Source: Balanoglossus misakiensis (Eukaryota; Animalia; Hemichordata). Taken from it: a stretch of DNA of 64,000 nt. The notes under the pieces are model-generated. The model searched no databases. It was not told where the DNA came from and saw nothing but the letters and a program-made list of their open reading frames with translations. This document shows positions 15,001 to 30,000 of this stretch, in pieces; the stretch's first letter is position 1, and every line of letters begins with the position of its first letter. Position numbers and translations under genes: made by a program. Where the stretch lies: assembly GCA_040954595.2 (NCBI GenBank), contig CM082597.2:9083778-9147777 (forward strand). Reading direction: 5' to 3'.

Positions 15001-18000
15001 TGGACGAAATTTTGAGATTTTGCAAAGACGAAAATTTGTTATTTTTTGATGATTTTCACCCATGATTTTTTCAAAAATTGACGAAATTTTGAGATTTTGC
15101 AAAGTCGAAAATTTGTCATTTTGTGATGATTTTCACACATGATTTTTTTTCAAAAATCGACGAAATTGTGAGATTATGCAAAGACGAAAATTTGTCATTT
15201 TTTGATGATTTTTACCCATGATTTTTTTTCAAAAATGGACGAAATTTTGAGGTTTTGCAAAGTCGAAAATTTGTTATTTTTTGATGATTTTCACCCATGT
15301 CTTTTTTTAAAAATCGACGAAATTTTGAGATTTTGCAAAGAGGAAAATTTGTCATTTTTTCATGATTTTCCCCCATGATTTTTTTCAAAAATCGACGAAA
15401 TTTTGAGATTTTGCAAAGTCGACGAAAATGTGTCATTTTTTGATGATTTTCACCCGTTTTTTTTCAAAATTTGTCATTTTTTGATGATTTTCACCCATGT
15501 TTTTTTTTTTAAAAAATCGACGAACCTATGATTTTTTTCAAAATCGACGAAATTTTGTGATTTTACAAAGTCGAAAATTTTGTCATTTTTTGATGATTTT
15601 CAACCATGATTTTTTTTCAAAAATCGACGAAAATTTGAGATTTTGCAAAGACAAAAATTTGTCATTTTTGATGATTTTTACCCATGATTTTTTTTCAAAA
15701 ATGGACGAAATTTTGAGATTTTGCAAAGACGAAAATTTGTCATTTTTTGATGATTTTCACCCATGATTTTTTTTCAAAAATCGACGAAATTTTGAGATTT
15801 TGCAAAGAGGAAAATTTGTCATTTTTTCATGATTTTCCCCCATGATTTTTTTCAAAAATCGACGAAATTTTGTGATTTTACAAAGTCGAAAATTTTGTCA
15901 TTTTTTGATGATTTTCAACCATGATTTTTTTTCAAAAATCGACGAAAATTTGAGATTTTGCAAAGACGAAAATTTGTCATTTTTGATGATTTTTACCCAT
16001 GATTTTTTTTCAAAAATGGACGAAATTTTGAGATTTTGCAAAGACGAAAATTTGTCATTTTTTGATGATTTTCACCCATGATTTTTTTTCAAAATTCGAC
16101 GAAATTTTGAGATTTTGCAAAGTCGTAAATGTGTCATTTTTTGATGATTTTCACCAGTTTTTTTTTTCAAAATTTGTCATTTTTTCATGATTTTCCCCCA
16201 TGATTTTTTTCAAAAATCGACGAAAATTTAAGATTTTGCAAAGACGAAAATTTGTCATTTTTGATGATTTTTACCCATGATTTTTTTTCAAAAATGGACG
16301 AAATTTTGAGATTTTGCAAAGACGAAAATTTGTCATTTTTTGATGATTTTCACCCATGATTTTTTTTCAAAAAACGACGAAATTTTGAGATTTTGCAAAG
16401 AGGAAAATTTGTCATTTTTTCATGATTTTCACCCATGATTTTTTTCAAAAATCGACGAAATTTTGAGATTTTGCAAAGAGGAAAATTTGTCATTTTTTCA
16501 TGATTTTCCCCCATGATTTTTTTCAAAAATCGACGAAAATTTGAGATTTTGCAAAGACGAAAATTTGTCATTTTTGATGATTTTTACCCATGATTTTTTT
16601 TCAAAAATGGACGAAATTTTGAGATTTTGCAAAGACGAAAATTTGTCATTTTTTGATGATTTTCACCAATGATTTTTTTTCAAAAAACGACGAAATTTTG
16701 AGATTTTGCAGAGGAAAATGTGTCATTTTTTGATGATTTTCACCCGTTTTTTTTTTCAAAATTTGTCATTTTTTGATGATTTTCACCCATGTTTTTTTTT
16801 TAAAAATCGACGAACCTATGATTTTTTTCAAAATCGACGAAATTTTGTGATTTTACAAAGTCGAAAATTTTGTCATTTTTTGATGATTTTCAACCATGAT
16901 TTTTTTTCAAAAATCGACGAAAATTTGAGATTTTGCAAAGACGAAAATTTGTCATTTTTGATGATTTTTACCCATGATTTTTTTTCAAAAATGGACGAAA
17001 TTTTGAGATTTTGCAAAGACGAAAATTTGTCATTTTTTGATGATTTTCACCAATGATTTTTTTTCAAAAATCGACGAAATTTTGAGATTTTGCAGAGAGG
17101 AAAATTTGTCATTTTTTCATGATTTTCCCCCATGATTTTTTTCAAAAATCGACGAAATTTTGAGATTTTGCAAAGTCGAAAATTTGTCATTTTTTGATGA
17201 TTTTCACCCATGATTTTTTCAAAAATTGACGAAATGTTGAGATTTTGCAAATTCGAAAATTTGTCATTTTTTGATGATTTTCACCCGTGATTTTTTTCAA
17301 AAATGGACGAAATTTTGAGATTTTGCAAAGTCGAAAATTTGTCATTTTTTGATGATTTTCACCCATGATTTTTTTTCAAAAATTGACTAAATGTTGAGAT
17401 TTTGCAAAGTCGAAAATTTGTCATTTTTTGATGATTTTCACCCGTGATTTTTTTCAAAAATGGACGAAATTTTGAGATTTTGCAAAGACGAAAATTTGTC
17501 ATTTTTTGATGATTTTCACCCATGATTTTTTTTCAAAAATTGACGAAATTTTGAGATTTTGCAAAGTCGAAAATGTGTCATTTTTTGATGATTTTCACCC
17601 GTTTTTTTTTCAAAATTTGTCATTTTTGATGATTTTTACCCATGATTTTTTTTCAAAAATGGACGAAATTTTGAGATTTTGCAAAGTCGAAAATGTGTCA
17701 TTTTTTGATGATTTTCCCCCATGTTTTTTTTTTTAAATGGACGAAATTTTGAGATTTTGCAAAGACGAAAATTTGATATTTTTTGATGATTTTCACCCAT
17801 GATTTTTTCAAAAATTGACGAAATTTTGAGATTTTGCAAAGTCGAAAATTTGTCATTTTGTGATGATTTTCACACATGATTTTTTTTCAAAAATCGACGA
17901 AATTGTGAGATTATGCAAAGACGAAAATTTGTCATTTTTTGATGATTTTTACCCATGATTTTTTTTCAAAAATGGACGAAATTTTGAGGTTTTGCAAAGT

Positions 18001-21000
18001 CGAAAATTTGTTATTTTTTGATGATTTTCACCCATGTCTTTTTTTAAAAATCGACGAAATTTTGAGATTTTGCAAAGAGGAAAATTTGTCATTTTTTCAT
18101 GATTTTCCCCCATGATTTTTTTCAAAAATCGACGAAATTTTGAGATTTTGCAAAGTCGACGAAAATGTGTCATTTTTTGATGATTTTCACCCGTTTTTTT
18201 TCAAAATTTGTCATTTTTTGATGATTTTCACCCATGTTTTTTTTTTTAAAAAATCGACGAACCTATGATTTTTTTCAAAATCGACGAAATTTTGTGATTT
18301 TACAAAGTCGAAAATTTTGTCATTTTTTGATGATTTTCAACCATGATTTTTTTTCAAAAATCGACGAAAATTTGAGATTTTGCAAAGACGAAAATTTGTC
18401 ATTTTTGATGATTTTTACCCATGATTTTTTTTCAAAAATGGACGAAATTTTGAGATTTTGCAAAGACGAAAATTTGTCATTTTTTGATGATTTTCACCAA
18501 TGATTTTTTTTCAAAAATCGACGAAATTTTGAGATTTTGCAGAGAGGAAAATTTGTCATTTTTTCATGATTTTCCCCCATGATTTTTTTCAAAAATCGAC
18601 GAAATTTTGAGATTTTGCAAAGTCGAAAATTTGTCATTTTTTGATGATTTTCACCCATGATTTTTTCAAAAATTGACGAAATGTTGAGATTTTGCAAATT
18701 CGAAAATTTGTCATTTTTTGATGATTTTCACCCGTGATTTTTTTCAAAAATGGACGAAATTTTGAGATTTTGCAAAGTCGAAAATTTGTCATTTTTTGAT
18801 GATTTTCACCCATGATTTTTTTTCAAAAATTGACTAAATGTTGAGATTTTGCAAAGTCGAAAATTTGTCATTTTTTGATGATTTTCACCCGTGATTTTTT
18901 TCAAAAATGGACGAAATTTTGAGATTTTGCAAAGACGAAAATTTGTCATTTTTTGATGATTTTCACCCATGATTTTTTTTCAAAAATTGACGAAATTTTG
19001 AGATTTTGCAAAGTCGAAAATGTGTCATTTTTTGATGATTTTCACCCGTTTTTTTTTCAAAATTTGTCATTTTTGATGATTTTTACCCATGATTTTTTTT
19101 CAAAAATGGACGAAATTTTGAGATTTTGCAAAGTCGAAAATGTGTCATTTTTTGATGATTTTCCCCCATGTTTTTTTTTTTAAATGGACGAAATTTTGAG
19201 ATTTTGCAAAGACGAAAATTTGTTATTTTTTGATGATTTTCACCCATGATTTTTTCAAAAATTGACGAAATTTTGAGATTTTGCAAAGTCGAAAATTTGT
19301 CATTTTGTGATGATTTTCACACATGATTTTTTTTTCAAAAATCGACGAAATTGTGAGATTATGCAAAGACGAAAATTTGTCATTTTTTGATGATTTTTAC
19401 CCATGATTTTTTTTCAAAAATGGACGAAATTTTGAGGTTTTGCAAAGTCGAAAATTTGTTATTTTTTGATGATTTTCACCCATGTCTTTTTTTAAAAATC
19501 GACGAAAATTTTGAGATTTTGCAAAGAGGAAAATTTGTCATTTTTTCATGATTTTCCCCCATGATTTTTTTCAAAAATCGACGAAATTTTGAGATTTTGC
19601 AAAGTCGACGAAAATGTGTCATTTTTTGATGATTTTCACCCGTTTTTTTTTCAAATTTGTCATTTTTTGATGATTTTCACCCATGTTTTTTTTTTAAAAA
19701 AATCGACGAACCTATGATTTTTTTCAAAATCGACGAAATTTTGTGATTTTACAAAGTCGAAAATTTTGTCATTTTTTGATGATTTTCAACCATGATTTTT
19801 TTTCAAAAATCGACGAAAATTTGAGATTTTGCAAAGACGAAAATTTGTCATTTTTGATGATTTTTACCCATGATTTTTTTTCAAAAATGGACGAAATTTT
19901 GAGATTTTGCAAAGACGAAAATTTGTCATTTTTGATGATTTTCACCAATGATTTTTTTTCAAAAATCGACGAAATTTTGAGATTTTGCAGAGAGGAAAAT
20001 TTGTCATTTTTTCATGATTTTCCCCCATGATTTTTTTCAAAAATCGACGAAATTTTGAGATTTTGCAAAGTCGAAAATTTGTCATTTTTTGATGATTTTC
20101 ACCCATGATTTTTTCAAAAATTGACGAAATGTTGAGATTTTGCAAATTCGAAAATTTGTCATTTTTTGATGATTTTCACCCGTGATTTTTTTCAAAAATG
20201 GACGAAATTTTGAGATTTTGCAAAGTCGAAAATTTGTCATTTTTTGATGATTTTCACCCATGATTTTTTTTCAAAAATTGACTAAATGTTGAGATTTTGC
20301 AAAGTCGAAAATTTGTCATTTTTTGATGATTTTCACCCGTGATTTTTTTCAAAAATGGACGAAATTTTGAGATTTTGCAAAGACGAAAATTTGTCATTTT
20401 TTGATGATTTTCACCCATGATTTTTTTTCAAAAATTGACGAAATTTTGAGATTTTGCAAAGTCGAAAATGTGTCATTTTTTGATGATTTTCACCCGTTTT
20501 TTTTTTCAAAATTTGTCATTTTTGATGATTTTTACCCATGATTTTTTTTCAAAAATGGACGAAATTTTGAGATTTTGCAAAGTCGAAAATGTGTCATTTT
20601 TTGATGATTTTCCCCCATGTTTTTTTTTTTAAATGGACGAAATTTTGAGATTTTGCAAAGACGAAAATTTGTTATTTTTTGATGATTTTCACCCATGATT
20701 TTTTCAAAAATTGACGAAATTTTGAGATTTTGCAAAGTCGAAAATTTGTCATTTTGTGATGATTTTCACACATGATTTTTTTTCAAAAATCGACGAAATT
20801 GTGAGATTATGCAAAGACGAAAATTTGTCATTTTTTGATGATTTTTACCCATGATTTTTTTTCAAAAATGGACGAAATTTTGAGGTTTTGCAAAGTCGAA
20901 AATTTGTTATTTTTTGATGATTTTCACCCATGTCTTTTTTTAAAAATCGACGAAATTTTGAGATTTTGCAAAGAGGAAAATTTGTCATTTTTTCATGATT

Positions 21001-24000
21001 TTCCCCCATGATTTTTTCAAAAATCGACGAAATTTTGAGATTTTGCAAAGTCGACGAAAATGTGTCATTTTTTGATGATTTTCACCCGTTTTTTTTTCAA
21101 AATTTGTCATTTTTTGATGATTTTCACCCATGTTTTTTTTTTTAAAAAATCGACGAACCTATGATTTTTTTCAAAATCGACGAAATTTTGTGATTTTACA
21201 AAGTCGAAAATTTTGTCATTTTTTGATGATTTTCAACCATGATTTTTTTTCAAAAATCGACGAAAATTTGAGATTTTGCAAAGACAAAAATTTGTCATTT
21301 TTGATGATTTTTACCCATGATTTTTTTTCAAAAATGGACGAAATTTTGAGATTTTGCAAAGACGAAAATTTGTCATTTTTTGATGATTTTCACCCATGAT
21401 TTTTTTTCAAAAATCGACGAAATTTTGAGATTTTGCAAAGAGGAAAATTTGTCATTTTTTCATGATTTTCCCCCATGATTTTTTTCAAAAATCGACGAAA
21501 TTTTGTGATTTTACAAAGTCGAAAATTTTGTCATTTTTTGATGATTTTCAACCATGATTTTTTTTCAAAAATCGACGAAAATTTGAGATTTTGCAAAGAC
21601 GAAAATTTGTCATTTTTGATGATTTTTACCCATGATTTTTTTTCAAAAATGGACGAAATTTTGAGATTTTGCAAAGACGAAAATTTGTCATTTTTTGATG
21701 ATTTTCACCCATGATTTTTTTTCAAAAATCGACGAAATTTTGAGATTTTGCAAAGTCGTAAATGTGTCATTTTTTGATGATTTTCACCAGTTTTTTTTTT
21801 CAAAATTTGTCATTTTTTCATGATTTTCCCCCATGATTTTTTTCAAAAATCGACGAAAATTTAAGATTTTGCAAAGACGAAAATTTGTCATTTTTGATGA
21901 TTTTTACCCATGATTTTTTTTCAAAAATGGACGAAATTTTGAGATTTTGCAAAGACGAAAATTTGTCATTTTTTGATGATTTTCACCCATGATTTTTTTT
22001 CAAAAAACGACGAAATTTTGAGATTTTGCAAAGAGGAAAATTTGTCATTTTTTCATGATTTTCACCCATGATTTTTTTCAAAAATCGACGAAATTTTGAG
22101 ATTTTGCAAAGAGGAAAATTTGTCATTTTTTCATGATTTTCCCCCATGATTTTTTTCAAAAATCGACGAAAATTTGAGATTTTGCAAAGACGAAAATTTG
22201 TCATTTTTGATGATTTTTACCCATGATTTTTTTTTCAAAAATGGACGAAATTTTGAGATTTTGCAAAGACGAAATTTGTCATTTTTTGATGATTTTCACC
22301 AATGATTTTTTTTCAAAAAACGACGAAATTTTGAGATTTTGCAGAGGAAAATGTGTCATTTTTGATGATTTTCACCCGTTTTTTTTTTCAAAATTTGTCA
22401 TTTTTTGATGATTTTCACCCATGTTTTTTTTTTAAAAATCGACGAACCTATGATTTTTTTCAAAATCGACGAAATTTTGTGATTTTACAAAGTCGAAAAT
22501 TTTGTCATTTTTTGATGATTTTCAACCATGATTTTTTTTCAAAAATCGACGAAAATTTGAGATTTTGCAAAGACGAAAATTTGTCATTTTTGATGATTTT
22601 TACCCATGATTTTTTTTCAAAAATGGACGAAATTTTGAGATTTTGCAAAGACGAAAATTTGTCATTTTTTGATGATTTTCACCAATGATTTTTTTTCAAA
22701 AATCGACGAAATTTTGAGATTTTGCAGAGAGGAAAATTTGTCATTTTTTCATGATTTTCCCCCATGATTTTTTTCAAAAATCGACGAAATTTTGAGATTT
22801 TGCAAAGTCGAAAATTTGTCATTTTTTGATGATTTTCACCCATGATTTTTTCAAAAATTGACGAAATGTTGAGATTTTGCAAATTCGAAAATTTGTCATT
22901 TTTTGATGATTTTCACCCGTGATTTTTTTCAAAAATGGACGAAATTTTGAGATTTTGCAAAGTCGAAAATTTGTCATTTTTTGATGATTTTCACCCATGA
23001 TTTTTTTTCAAAAATTGACTAAATGTTGAGATTTTGCAAAGTCGAAAATTTGTCATTTTTTGATGATTTTCACCCGTGATTTTTTTCAAAAATGGACGAA
23101 ATTTTGAGATTTTGCAAAGACGAAAATTTGTCATTTTTTGATGATTTTCACCCATGATTTTTTTTCAAAAATTGACGAAATTTTTGAGATTTTGCAAAGT
23201 CGAAAATGTGTCATTTTTTGATGATTTTCACCCGTTTTTTTTTTCAAAATTTGTCATTTTTGATGATTTTTACCCATGATTTTTTTTCAAAAATGGACGA
23301 AATTTTAAGATTTTGCAAAGACGAAAATTTGTCATTTTTTGATGATTTTCACCAATGATTTTTTTTCAAAAAACGACGAAATTTTGAGATTTTGCAGAGG
23401 AAAATGTGTCATTTTTTGATGATTTTCACCCGTTTTTTTTTTCAAATTTGTAATTTTTTGATGATTTTCTCCCATGATTTTTTTCAAAAATTGACGAAAT
23501 TTTGAGATTTTGCAAAGTCGAAAATTTGTCATTTTTTGATGATTTTCACCCATGATTTTTTTCAAAAATCGACGAAATTTTGAGATTTTGCAAAGTCGAA
23601 AATTTGTCATTTTTTGATGATTTTCCCCCATGTTTTTTTTTTTAAATGGACGAAATTTTGAGATTTTGCAAAGTCGAAAATTTGTCATTTTTTGATGATT
23701 TTCCCCATGTTTTTTTTTTTTAAATGGACGAAATTTTGAGATTTTGCAAAGTCGTAAATGTGTCATTTTTTGATGATTTTCACCAGTTTTTTTTTCAAAA
23801 TTTGTCATTTTTTCATGATTTTCCCCCATGATTTTTTCAAAAATCGACGAAAATTTGAGATTTTGCAAAGACGAAAATTTGTCATTTTTGATGATTTTTA
23901 CCCATGATTTTTTTTCAAAAATGGACGAAATTTTGAGATTTTGCAAAGACGAAAATTTGTCATTTTTTGATGATTTTCACCCATGATTTTTTTTCAAAAA

Positions 24001-27000
24001 ACGACGAAATTTTGAGATTTTGCAAAGAGGAAAATTTGTCATTTTTTCATGATTTTCACCCATGATTTTTTTCAAAAATCGACGAAATTTTGAGATTTTG
24101 CAAAGAGGAAAATTTGTCATTTTTTCATGATTTTCCCCCATGATTTTTTTCAAAAATCGACGAAATTTGAGATTTTGCAAAGACGAAAATTTGTCATTTT
24201 TGATGATTTTTACCCATGATTTTTTTTCAAAAATGGACGAAATTTTAAGATTTTGCAAAGACGAAAATTTGTCATTTTTTGATGATTTTCACCAATGATT
24301 TTTTTTCAAAAAACGACGAAATTTTGAGATTTTGCAGAGGAAAATGTGTCATTTTTTGATGATTTTCACCCGTTTTTTTTTTCAAAATTTGTAATTTTTG
24401 ATGATTTTCTCCCATGATTTTTTTCAAAAATTGACGAAATTTTGAGATTTTGCAAAGTCGAAAATTTGTCATTTTTTGATGATTTTCACCCATGATTTTT
24501 TTCAAAAATCGACGAAATTTTGAGATTTTGCAAAGTCGAAAATTTGTCATTTTTTGATGATTTTCCCCCATGTTTTTTTTTTTAAATGGACGAAATTTTT
24601 GAGATTTTGCAAAGACGAAAATTTGTTATTTTTTGATGATTTTCACCCATGATTTTTTCAAAAATTGACGAAATTTTGAGATTTTGCAAAGTCGAAAATT
24701 TGTCATTTTGTGATGATTTTCACACATGATTTTTTTTCAAAAATCGACGAATTGTGAGATTTTGCAAAGACGAAAATTTGTCATTTTTTTGATGATTTTT
24801 ACCCATGATTTTTTTTCAAAAATGGACGAAATTTTGAGGTTTTGCAAAGTCGAAAATTTGTTATTTTTTGATGATTTTCACCCATGTCTTTTTTTAAAAA
24901 TCGACGAAATTTTGAGATTTTGCAAAGAGGAAAATTTGTCATTTTTTCATGATTTTCCCCCATGATTTTTTTCAAAAATCGACGAAATTTTGAGATTTTG
25001 CAAAGTCGACGAAAATGTGTCATTTTTTGATGATTTTCACCCGTTTTTTTTCAAAATTTGTCATTTTTTGATGATTTTCACCCATGTTTTTTTTTTTAAA
25101 AAATCGACGAACCTATGATTTTTTTCAAAATCGACGAAATTTTGTGATTTTACAAAGTCGAAAATTTTGTCATTTTTTGATGATTTTCAACCATGATTTT
25201 TTTTCAAAAATCGACGAAAATTTGAGATTTTGCAAAGACAAAAATTTGTCATTTTTGATGATTTTTACCCATTATTTTTTTTCAAAAATGGACGAAATTT
25301 TGAGATTTTGCAAAGACGAAAATTTGTCATTTTTTGATGATTTTCACCCATGATTTTTTTTCAAAAATCGACGAAATTTTGAGATTTTGCAAAGAGGAAA
25401 ATTTGTCATTTTTTCATGATTTTCCCCCATGATTTTTTTCAAAAATCGACGAAATTTTGTGATTTTACAAAGTCGAAAATTTTGTCATTTTTTGATGATT
25501 TTCAACCATGATTTTTTTTCAAAAATCGACGAAAATTTGAGATTTTGCAAAGACGAAAATTTGTCATTTTTGATGATTTTTACCCATGATTTTTTTTCAA
25601 AAATGGACGAAATTTTGAGATTTTGCAAAGACGAAAATTTGTCATTTTTTGATGATTTTCACCCATGATTTTTTTTCAAAAATCGACGAAATTTTGAGAT
25701 TTTGCAAAGTCGTAAATGTGTCATTTTTTGATGATTTTCACCAGTTTTTTTTTTCAAAATTTGTCATTTTTTCATGATTTTCCCCCATGATTTTTTTCAA
25801 AAATCGACGAAAATTTGAGATTTTGCAAAGACGAAAATTTGTCATTTTTGATGATTTTTACCCATGATTTTTTTTCAAAAATGGACGAAATTTTGAGATT
25901 TTGCAAAGACGAAAATTTGTCATTTTTTGATGATTTTCACCCATGATTTTTTTTCAAAAAACGACGAAATTTTGAGATTTTGCAAAGAGGAAAATTTGTC
26001 ATTTTTTCATGATTTTCACCCATGATTTTTTTCAAAAATCGACGAAATTTTGAGATTTTGCAAAGAGGAAAATTTGTCATTTTTTCATGATTTTCCCCCA
26101 TGATTTTTTTCAAAAATCGACGAAAATTTGAGATTTTGCAAAGACGAAAATTTGTCATTTTTGATGATTTTTACCCATGATTTTTTTTCAAAAATGGACG
26201 AAATTTTGAGATTTTGCAAAGACGAAAATTTGTCATTTTTTGATGATTTTCACCAATGATTTTTTTTCAAAAAACGACGAAATTTTGAGATTTTGCAGAG
26301 GAAAATGTGTCATTTTTTGATGATTTTCACCCGTTTTTTTTTTCAAAATTTGTCATTTTTTGATGATTTTCACCCATGTTTTTTTTTTAAAAATCGACGA
26401 ACCTATGATTTTTTTCAAAATCGACGAAATTTTGTGATTTTACAAAGTCGAAAATTTTGTCATTTTTTGATGATTTTCAACCATGATTTTTTTTCAAAAA
26501 TCGACGAAAATTTGAGATTTTGCAAAGACGAAAATTTGTCATTTTTGATGATTTTTACCCATGATTTTTTTTCAAAAATGGACGAAATTTTGAGATTTTG
26601 CAAAGACGAAAATTTGTCATTTTTTGATGATTTTCACCAATGATTTTTTTTCAAAAATCGACGAAATTTTGAAATTTTGCAGAGAGGAAAATTTGTCATT
26701 TTTTCATGATTTTCCCCCATGATTTTTTTCAAAAATCGACGAAATTTTGAGATTTTGCAAAGTCGAAAATTTGTCATTTTTTGATGATTTTCACCCATGA
26801 TTTTTTCAAAAATTGACGAAATGTTGAGATTTTGCAAAGTCGAAAATTTGTCATTTTTTGATGATTTTCACCCGTGATTTTTTTCAAAAATGGACGAAAT
26901 TTTGAGATTTTGCAAAGTCGAAAATTTGTCATTTTTTGATGATTTTCACCCATGATTTTTTTTCAAAAATTGACGAAATGTTGAGATTTTGCAAAGTCGA

Positions 27001-30000
27001 AAATTTGTCATTTTTTGATGATTTTCACCCGTGATTTTTTTCAAAAATGGACGAAATTTTGAGATTTTGCCAAGACGAAAATTTGTCATTTTTTGATGAT
27101 TTTCACCCATGATTTTTTTTCAAAAATTGACGAAATTTTGAGATTTTGCAAAGTCGAAAATGTGTCATTTTTTGATGATTTTCACCCGTTTTTTTTTCAA
27201 AATTTGTCATTTTTTGATGATTTTCACCCGTGATTTTTTTCAAAAATGGACGAAATTTTGAGATTTTGCAAAGACGAAAATTTGTCATTTTTTGATGATT
27301 TTCACCCATGATTTGTTTTCAAAAATCGACGAAATTTTGAGATTTTGCAAAGAGGAGAATTTGTCATTTTTTCATGATTTTCCCCCATGATTTTTTTCAA
27401 AAATCGACGAAATTTTGAGATTTTGCAAAGTCGAAAATTTTGTCATTTTTTGATGATTTTCAACCATGATTTTTTTTCAAAAATCGACGAAAATTTGAGA
27501 TTTTGCAAAGATGAAAATTTGTCATTTTTGATGATTTTTACCCATAATTTTTTTTCAGAAATGGACGAAATTTTGAGATTTTGCAAAGACGAAAATTTGT
27601 CATTTTTTGATGATTTTCACCCATGATTTTTTTTCAAAAATTGACGAAATTTTGAGATTTTGCAAAGTCGAAAATTTCTCATTTTTTGGTGCATTTTCAC
27701 CCATGACTTTTTTTCAAAAATCGACGAAATTGTGAGATTTTGCAAAGTCGAAAATTTGTCATTTTTTGATGATTTTCACCCATGATTTTTATTCAAAATT
27801 GACGAAATTTTTAGATTTTGCAAAGTCGAAAATTTGTCATTTTTTCATGATTTTCCCCCATGATTTTTTTCAAAAATCGACGAAATTTTGAGATTTTGCA
27901 AAGTCGACGAAAATGTGTCATTTTTTGATGATTTTCACCCATTTTTTTTCAAAAATCGACGAAATTTTGAGATTTTGCAAAATCGAAAATTTGTCATTTT
28001 TTGATGATTTTCCCCCATGATTGTTTTTTAAAAATGGACGAAAGTTTGAGATTTTGCAAAGACGAAAATTTGTCATTTTTGATGATTTTTACCCATGATT
28101 TTTTTTCAAAAATGGACGAAATTTTGAGATTTTGCAAAGACGAAAATTTGTCATTTTTTGATGATTTTCACCCATGATTTGTTTTCAAAAATCGACGAAA
28201 TTTTGAGATTTTGCAAAGTCGTAAATGTGTCATTTTTTGATGATTTTCACCCGTTTTTTTTAAATTTGTCATTTTTTGATGATTTTCACCCATGTTTTTT
28301 TTAAAAAAATCAACAAAATTTTGAGATTTTGCAAAGTCGAAAATTTGTCATTTTTTGATGATTTTCACCGATGATTTTTTTCAACAATCGAAAAAATTTT
28401 GAGATTTTGCAAAGTCGAAAATTTGTCATTTTTTGATGATTTTCACCCATGATTTTCTTCAAAAATCGACGAAATTTTGAGATTTTGCAAAGTCGAAAAT
28501 TTGTCATTTTTTTGATGATTTTCACCCATGATTTTTTTCAAAAATCGACGAAATTTTGAGATTTTGCAAAGTCGAAAATTTGTCATTTTTTGATGATTTT
28601 CACCCATGATTTTTTTCAAAATTGACGAAATTTTGAGATTTTGCAAAGTCGAAAATTTCTCATTTTTTGGTGCATTTTCACCCATGATTTTTTTTCAAAA
28701 ATCGACGAAATTGTGAGATTTTGCAAAGTCGAAAATTTGTCATTTTTTGATGATTTTCACCCATGATTTTTATTCAAAATTGACGAAATTTTGAGATTTT
28801 GCAAAGTCGAAAATTTGTCATTTTTTCATGATTTTCCCCCATGATTTTTTTCAAAAATCGACGAAATTTTGAGATTTTGCAAAGTCGACGAAAATGTGTC
28901 AGTTTTTGATGATTTTCACCCATTTTTTTTCAAAAATCGACGAAATTTTGAGATTTTGCAAAATCGAAAATTTGTCATTTTTTGATGATTTTCCCCCATG
29001 ATTGTTTTTTAAAAATGGACGAAAGTTTGAGATTTTGCAAAGACGAAAATTTGTCATTTTTGATGATTTTTACCCATGATTTTTTTTCAAAAATGGACGA
29101 AATTTTGAGATTTTGCAAAGACGAAAATTTGTCATTTTTTGATGATTTTCACCCATGATTTTTTTTCAAAAATCGACGAAATTTTGAGATTTTGCAAAGT
29201 CGTAAATGTGTCATTTTTTGATGATTTTCACCCGTTTTTTTTTTAAATTTGTCATTTTTTGATGATTTTCACCCATGTTTTTTTTAAAAAAATCGACGAA
29301 CCTATGATTTTTTTCAAAATCGACGAAATTTTGTGATTTTACAAAGTCGAAAATTTTGTCATTTTTTGATGATTTTCACCAATGATTTTTTTTCAAAAAT
29401 CGACGAAATTTTGAGATTTTGCAGAGAGGAAAATTTGTCATTTTTTCATGATTTTCCCCCATGATTTTTTTCAAAAATCGACGAAATTTTGAGATTTTGC
29501 AAAGTCGAAAATTTGTCATTTTTTGATGATTTTCACCCGTGATTTTTTTCAAAAATGGACGAAATTTTGAGATTTTGCAAAGACGAAAATTTGTCATTTT
29601 TTGATGATTTTCACCCATGATTTTTTTTCAAAAATCGACGAAATTTTGAGATTTTGCAAAGAGGAGAATTTGTCATTTTTTCATGATTTTCCCCCATGAT
29701 TTTTTTCAAAAATCGACGAAATTTTGAGATTTTGCAAAGTCGAAAATTTTGTCATTTTTTGATGATTTTCAACCATGATTTTTTTTCAAAAATCGACGAA
29801 AATTTGAGATTTTGCAAAGATGAAAATTTGTCATTTTTGATGATTTTTACCCATAATTTTTTTTCAGAAATGGACGAAATTTTGAGATTTTGCAAAGACG
29901 AAAATTTGTCATTTTTTGATGATTTTCACCCATGATTTTTTTTCAAAAATTGACGAAATTTTGAGATTTTGCAAAGTCGAAAATGTGTCATTTTTTGATG

